From the NCBI GenBank assembly GCA_965369865.1, contig CBDURU010000001.1, positions 32,001 to 96,000 on the forward strand: a stretch of DNA of 64,000 bases, given 5' to 3'. Origin of the DNA: an uncultured bacterium. GTDB lineage: Bacteria > JAJVIF01 > JAPKYR01. The notes under the pieces were generated by a model. That model did no database searches, was not told the DNA's origin, and saw only the letters and a program-made list of their open reading frames with translations. Shown piece by piece: positions 60,564 through 64,000 of this stretch (the first letter of the stretch is position 1; every line of letters starts with the position of its first letter). A program made the position numbers and the translations under genes.

Positions 60564-61721
60564 ATGAATATTATTAAAATATACAAACTATTAGTAATTA
60601 ATGTTTATACATTATTATTCCTTACTTTAACTTCAACAGCTCATTCCACAACAATACTAAGTGAAATAAGTACGGAGAATATGCAACCGTATAGAATTAT
60701 CCCGGGAACTATTTCCAATGAATTCTGGATAGTAGGCCAGGCAAAAGGATTAGGATTGCTTGTGGAAGATCAACAGGGAGCCTGGTCATTTACACAGTAT
60801 CCCATAGGCTCAGTATGGGATGCAGTGGGACCTGATAATAATGGCAGGATTTGGTGTTCAAGTTTTGTAACGGGAATTGGAACAGCCATACAAGTTTTTA
60901 ATTGCAATACAAAGGATGTAATCCAAAATGTTAATATTGGCCCTGATTATGTAACGACAGGAATTACACTTTCTATTAATGAGGACTATGTGTATCTACT
61001 GGGTTGGGATTGGCCAAGATTTGGTGAACCGGGAAGTTGGGTATCCAGTTTCGGTCACCCAAATGCAGGCATTGTATGGGAAATTAATATATCTTCATTT
61101 GAAGTTTCCCCAGATATTGGTGTTGTTGGAGTATTTCCGTATACAATATATTACGCTGGAAGCCAAGAAACAGATAAACTCCTAGTTTACACTCTCGCAC
61201 GGGATGATGTAGGTCGAGAAGGTGGGGAATGTATTGACATCCTGGCAGTGGATAGAAGTTTCCCACGCTTAGGAGGGCTCCCGGCATGCTTTACAAATGA
61301 ATATCTATACTGCAATGACCTAGTAAAATGGTCAGATGAAGATCCGCTTATAGCACTGTGTAATCGTTCGGTAGATAATATGGGGGATAGTGAAGATTTC
61401 TCCGATGGATTATGGATCATCGATACAGAATTAGAAGAAGTTGTTCAGACATACCGTATATATGACATCGCGGACAGGATCAGGGGAGTTCAGCATCTTT
61501 GTGTGAGTGAAGTCCGTCCGGGGATCGCATATATGAGTCTTGGTTTTGGTGGTCTTGACGCAGAGACCGCGGTTTTTGATATGGCTACCGGACAGGTTAT
61601 CGAGCACATTCAAACCGGTCTTGTTTTCACTCCGGAATTTATTTATGAATTACCAGATGGCAGACTTATTGTCACTGGCGGCAGGACAAAAAATATAGTC
61701 ATCATCGACCCGTTACATTGA
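60564..61721 (+). CDS. Secreted YncE-like beta-propeller protein (partner of cassette 1)
   Basis: GAGAGGAG RBS; signal peptide (AHS); beta-strand repeats such as LWIIDTE, VFDMATG, LPDGRLIV. Confidence 0.7.
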   Translation: MNIIKIYKLLVINVYTLLFLTLTSTAHSTTILSEISTENMQPYRIIPGTISNEFWIVGQAKGLGLLVEDQQGAWSFTQYPIGSVWDAVGPDNNGRIWCSSFVTGIGTAIQVFNCNTKDVIQNVNIGPDYVTTGITLSINEDYVYLLGWDWPRFGEPGSWVSSFGHPNAGIVWEINISSFEVSPDIGVVGVFPYTIYYAGSQETDKLLVYTLARDDVGREGGECIDILAVDRSFPRLGGLPACFTNEYLYCNDLVKWSDEDPLIALCNRSVDNMGDSEDFSDGLWIIDTELEEVVQTYRIYDIADRIRGVQHLCVSEVRPGIAYMSLGFGGLDAETAVFDMATGQVIEHIQTGLVFTPEFIYELPDGRLIVTGGRTKNIVIIDPLH

Positions 61722-63536
61722 TTCGTTGCAGTCCCTGAATGGCTCGAGCAGTTCTGGCATCCTGAGTTACCCAATTATTATCTGCAGTTGACGCAGCACC
61801 CGGATTATTACAGGGCACAGGATTGTTCAGTTTTTCTGCTGGTCCATGCAAAAGACATCTGGCCTCCAGGGGTGCTTATGGTCGGGGACAGGGGTATCCA
61901 ACTGGATAGAATTATCGATGGTGAGTTGATCGTTGAGCCGTATCCCGGAGTGGCGGAAGGCGCTGGGATCTGGATTGATAATGAGCCCTGGGCCGAGGAT
62001 GAATGGGACTCATGGGCGGACCCTAACATGGGATATCGCATCGCCGAGGACGCTAAACCCAGGGGGGATGAGTTTATAATAATATTTGAGATGGACGCGT
62101 TACTGGCTGATCCCGGCCTTGATGAGGTTAAGGTGCGTGTTACCGACTTCCACGAAAATTGGACAAGGTCGGATAATGTGCTTGAGGACATTGATGGCCT
62201 TTATACTGTAACTAAAGTGGGGATAATCGAACAAAATTACCAGGGAACGACTGTTCTGGCGGACTTCTGCGGCGTGCCGGTATGTAATAGAGTAGCCGGT
62301 GAATACACTCTTGATTATGTAGCTCAGGTAGTAACTTCGGATTACATTGAACCGCCTGACTTCTTATGGAGCGTTATAAATTCTCCACTGCATGAGGGCA
62401 GTGTCGGCTTAGTTGAAATAAATGTTCCCATTTATCGTCTGGATCCTGAATTGGACAGGTATGAAATATACAATGAACTGTTTCCCCCTCATGGCTATCA
62501 ATGCAATGTTCATTATTATTCTCGCGGGCTGGAATTATTAATCCCTCCCGGCGAAGTCGCCCCGGTTGTCATTGATGACTGGCGAGAATCGGTTCAGCCA
62601 ATGCACGAGGAAGACTATGGTACATGTCCGCATCTGTATTTGAGCGATAGGGACCATTTACTTGGTATCGAAGGTGATCCTAATAATGATCAATGGAAAG
62701 ACTATTCAATAGCAATGGCAATTGACTCAGATATCCGTGATTTCTATGACAAAGCTCTTAATTCAATGTATTTTGGTAGCTCTGAAAGAGGGATATTTTA
62801 TGGCTGCAATGTTTTGATAGGTGATAAGGACAGCTATGCTGAAGATGTACTCGACAGCGGTGTTGAAAGGCTTAAAATCGATGTTGAAGAAAAGGAGGCG
62901 GATATTGGTATTCAAAGTCGAGGTGACGCATATTTTGTAATTGGGCATAGTTATGAAACAGGTAATCCTCCCGGGCAAGTACAAGGGATTTGGGAGTTTA
63001 TACCTTCGGCAAACCATAACGCCCCTGGCGATTGGAAGTATGTTGTTTCTAGAGATGATTTTGCAACCAGTGGAGATCTCGATCGGGAAGTAAACTGGTT
63101 GATTTCTCAAGCTTGTCATTTACTTGGTCCATCTTCGTATCAATATTGGCAGGCTCTAATACCGAATCAGTTGGATGCAATTTGTGGTTTTCGTTGCGCC
63201 AATATCAGGGAACTTCTGCCGGAATTTAGCAAGCTTGAAGAAGAAGGACCAAGCGCTTTCTTCGGAGGTTTTTCAACCAGGTTAACCAGTAATGAGGGGG
63301 CTCATGAAAGTTATTGGAAGTACGATAATCAAATCCCTAATGATCGCGCCATTATTGCGTGGATGGAGAACGCATGCGAATGGGCACGCATATTGAAATC
63401 AGAAGTTCGTAACCGTGAATACATGATGGAGAATGCTGCCGCAATTGATGAACTATACATTTATGAAATCGAATGGACTTCAAGCCCTTATGATTGGCCG
63501 CTCTTTGGTGAAAGCTTATACATTGTCAGATACTAG
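61722..63536 (+). CDS. Cassette protein 2 (start-less, probably an orphan module) with putative clan CD (DUF6345-like) His/Cys domain
   Basis: Frame is open from 61722 and homology begins at WLEQFWHPE, upstream of the first start codon (TTG 61788); GDAYFVIGHS, NWLISQAC, AICGFR. Confidence 0.65.
   Translation, partial: FVAVPEWLEQFWHPELPNYYLQLTQHPDYYRAQDCSVFLLVHAKDIWPPGVLMVGDRGIQLDRIIDGELIVEPYPGVAEGAGIWIDNEPWAEDEWDSWADPNMGYRIAEDAKPRGDEFIIIFEMDALLADPGLDEVKVRVTDFHENWTRSDNVLEDIDGLYTVTKVGIIEQNYQGTTVLADFCGVPVCNRVAGEYTLDYVAQVVTSDYIEPPDFLWSVINSPLHEGSVGLVEINVPIYRLDPELDRYEIYNELFPPHGYQCNVHYYSRGLELLIPPGEVAPVVIDDWRESVQPMHEEDYGTCPHLYLSDRDHLLGIEGDPNNDQWKDYSIAMAIDSDIRDFYDKALNSMYFGSSERGIFYGCNVLIGDKDSYAEDVLDSGVERLKIDVEEKEADIGIQSRGDAYFVIGHSYETGNPPGQVQGIWEFIPSANHNAPGDWKYVVSRDDFATSGDLDREVNWLISQACHLLGPSSYQYWQALIPNQLDAICGFRCANIRELLPEFSKLEEEGPSAFFGGFSTRLTSNEGAHESYWKYDNQIPNDRAIIAWMENACEWARILKSEVRNREYMMENAAAIDELYIYEIEWTSSPYDWPLFGESLYIVRY
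61740..62182 (+). repeat. 443-bp direct repeat, copy 2
   Basis: Offset 3267 bp from copy 1; begins 18 bp after the upstream stop codon. Confidence 0.95.
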
Positions 63537-63552
63537 TCCTTTGAGGTGAACT

Positions 63553-64000
63553 ATGAATCAAAGATTAAAAAAAGCAGTCAAACTGGGCCTTGTGCTTATG
63601 GCTGGCATACTGGGTATTTGCGCTCTTGTTTGGGCTGCAAGTCAGTCGTTCTCGTATGGACAACCGGGCGCAGTGCAAGCTTTGTTGAATGATGACGGTA
63701 GTCGACTGTATGTTTCGTACTACAGAGACAACAAAGTTGTAGAGATAGATACGGAAACGATGCAACAGGTTCGTCAATTTCAAATCGAATGGCCGGCCTA
63801 TATGGAGTTATCTGAGGATGAGTTATATTTGTATGCAATAAGCAGGGCTGTCACAGCCAGTATTAAAAGGATGCGCTTGTCTGACGGCAACATTGATCAG
63901 ATAATTCTGGAAGGTGATGTTATTTCGCTATCGTATGATCCTGACGGTAATCGTTTGTGGGTTGTTCACCGAACATGGCCAATGGATGGAGATGTAATGA
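63553..64000 (+). CDS. Secreted YncE-like beta-propeller protein (partner of cassette 2), truncated by the window end; absent from the ORF track
   Basis: GAGGTG RBS, ATG 63553; MNQRLKKAVKLGLVLMAGILGICALVWA signal; DDGSRLYVS, VVEIDTET, DPDGNRLWV. Confidence 0.8.
   Translation, partial: MNQRLKKAVKLGLVLMAGILGICALVWAASQSFSYGQPGAVQALLNDDGSRLYVSYYRDNKVVEIDTETMQQVRQFQIEWPAYMELSEDELYLYAISRAVTASIKRMRLSDGNIDQIILEGDVISLSYDPDGNRLWVVHRTWPMDGDVM

Noticed and set aside
58473..62182. Repeat pair as a diversity-generating retroelement TR/VR
   Set aside because: The core is identical, edge mismatches are not confined to adenines of one copy, the repeat is N-terminal, and no reverse transcriptase is in the window.
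58248..63536. Genome-wide TGA recoding or selenocysteine giving one giant ORF
   Set aside because: TGA ends ordinary genes elsewhere in the window, Trp uses TGG, and the middle gene has its own RBS and signal peptide.

Overview
Chromosomal window from a bacterium that looks anaerobic and peptide/amino-acid degrading; I cannot assign it taxonomically. Main contents: an amidohydrolase/DegT/DHODH-ferredoxin operon, a type I asparaginase, a sigma54 two-component system ahead of a NuoE/F/G-like (Hyd/Bfu-type) module plus an FMN glutamate-synthase-like gene, a large secreted FG-GAP/transglutaminase-like protein, three paralogous beta-propeller repeat proteins, split lysine-ketoglutarate reductase and saccharopine dehydrogenase, a two-subunit aconitase X, a CocE hydrolase, a group 3b [NiFe]-hydrogenase operon with two cNMP domains, an IS701-like relic beside tRNA-Gln, a C13 peptidase, ispE, an O-antigen-ligase/TPR gene, an AT-rich TIR-NB-ARC-TPR gene and tryptophanase. 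The most notable feature is at 58.2-64 kb: a tandem array of cassettes, each a start-less ORF that begins with a near-identical 443-bp block and ends in a divergent His/Cys (clan CD, DUF6345-like) domain, followed by a secreted beta-propeller gene. This resembles the orphan toxin-immunity modules of a polymorphic system. Two copies of a 140-bp MITE with 4-bp target duplications and internal REP-like hairpins are also present. All calls rest on motifs read by eye; no searches were run.
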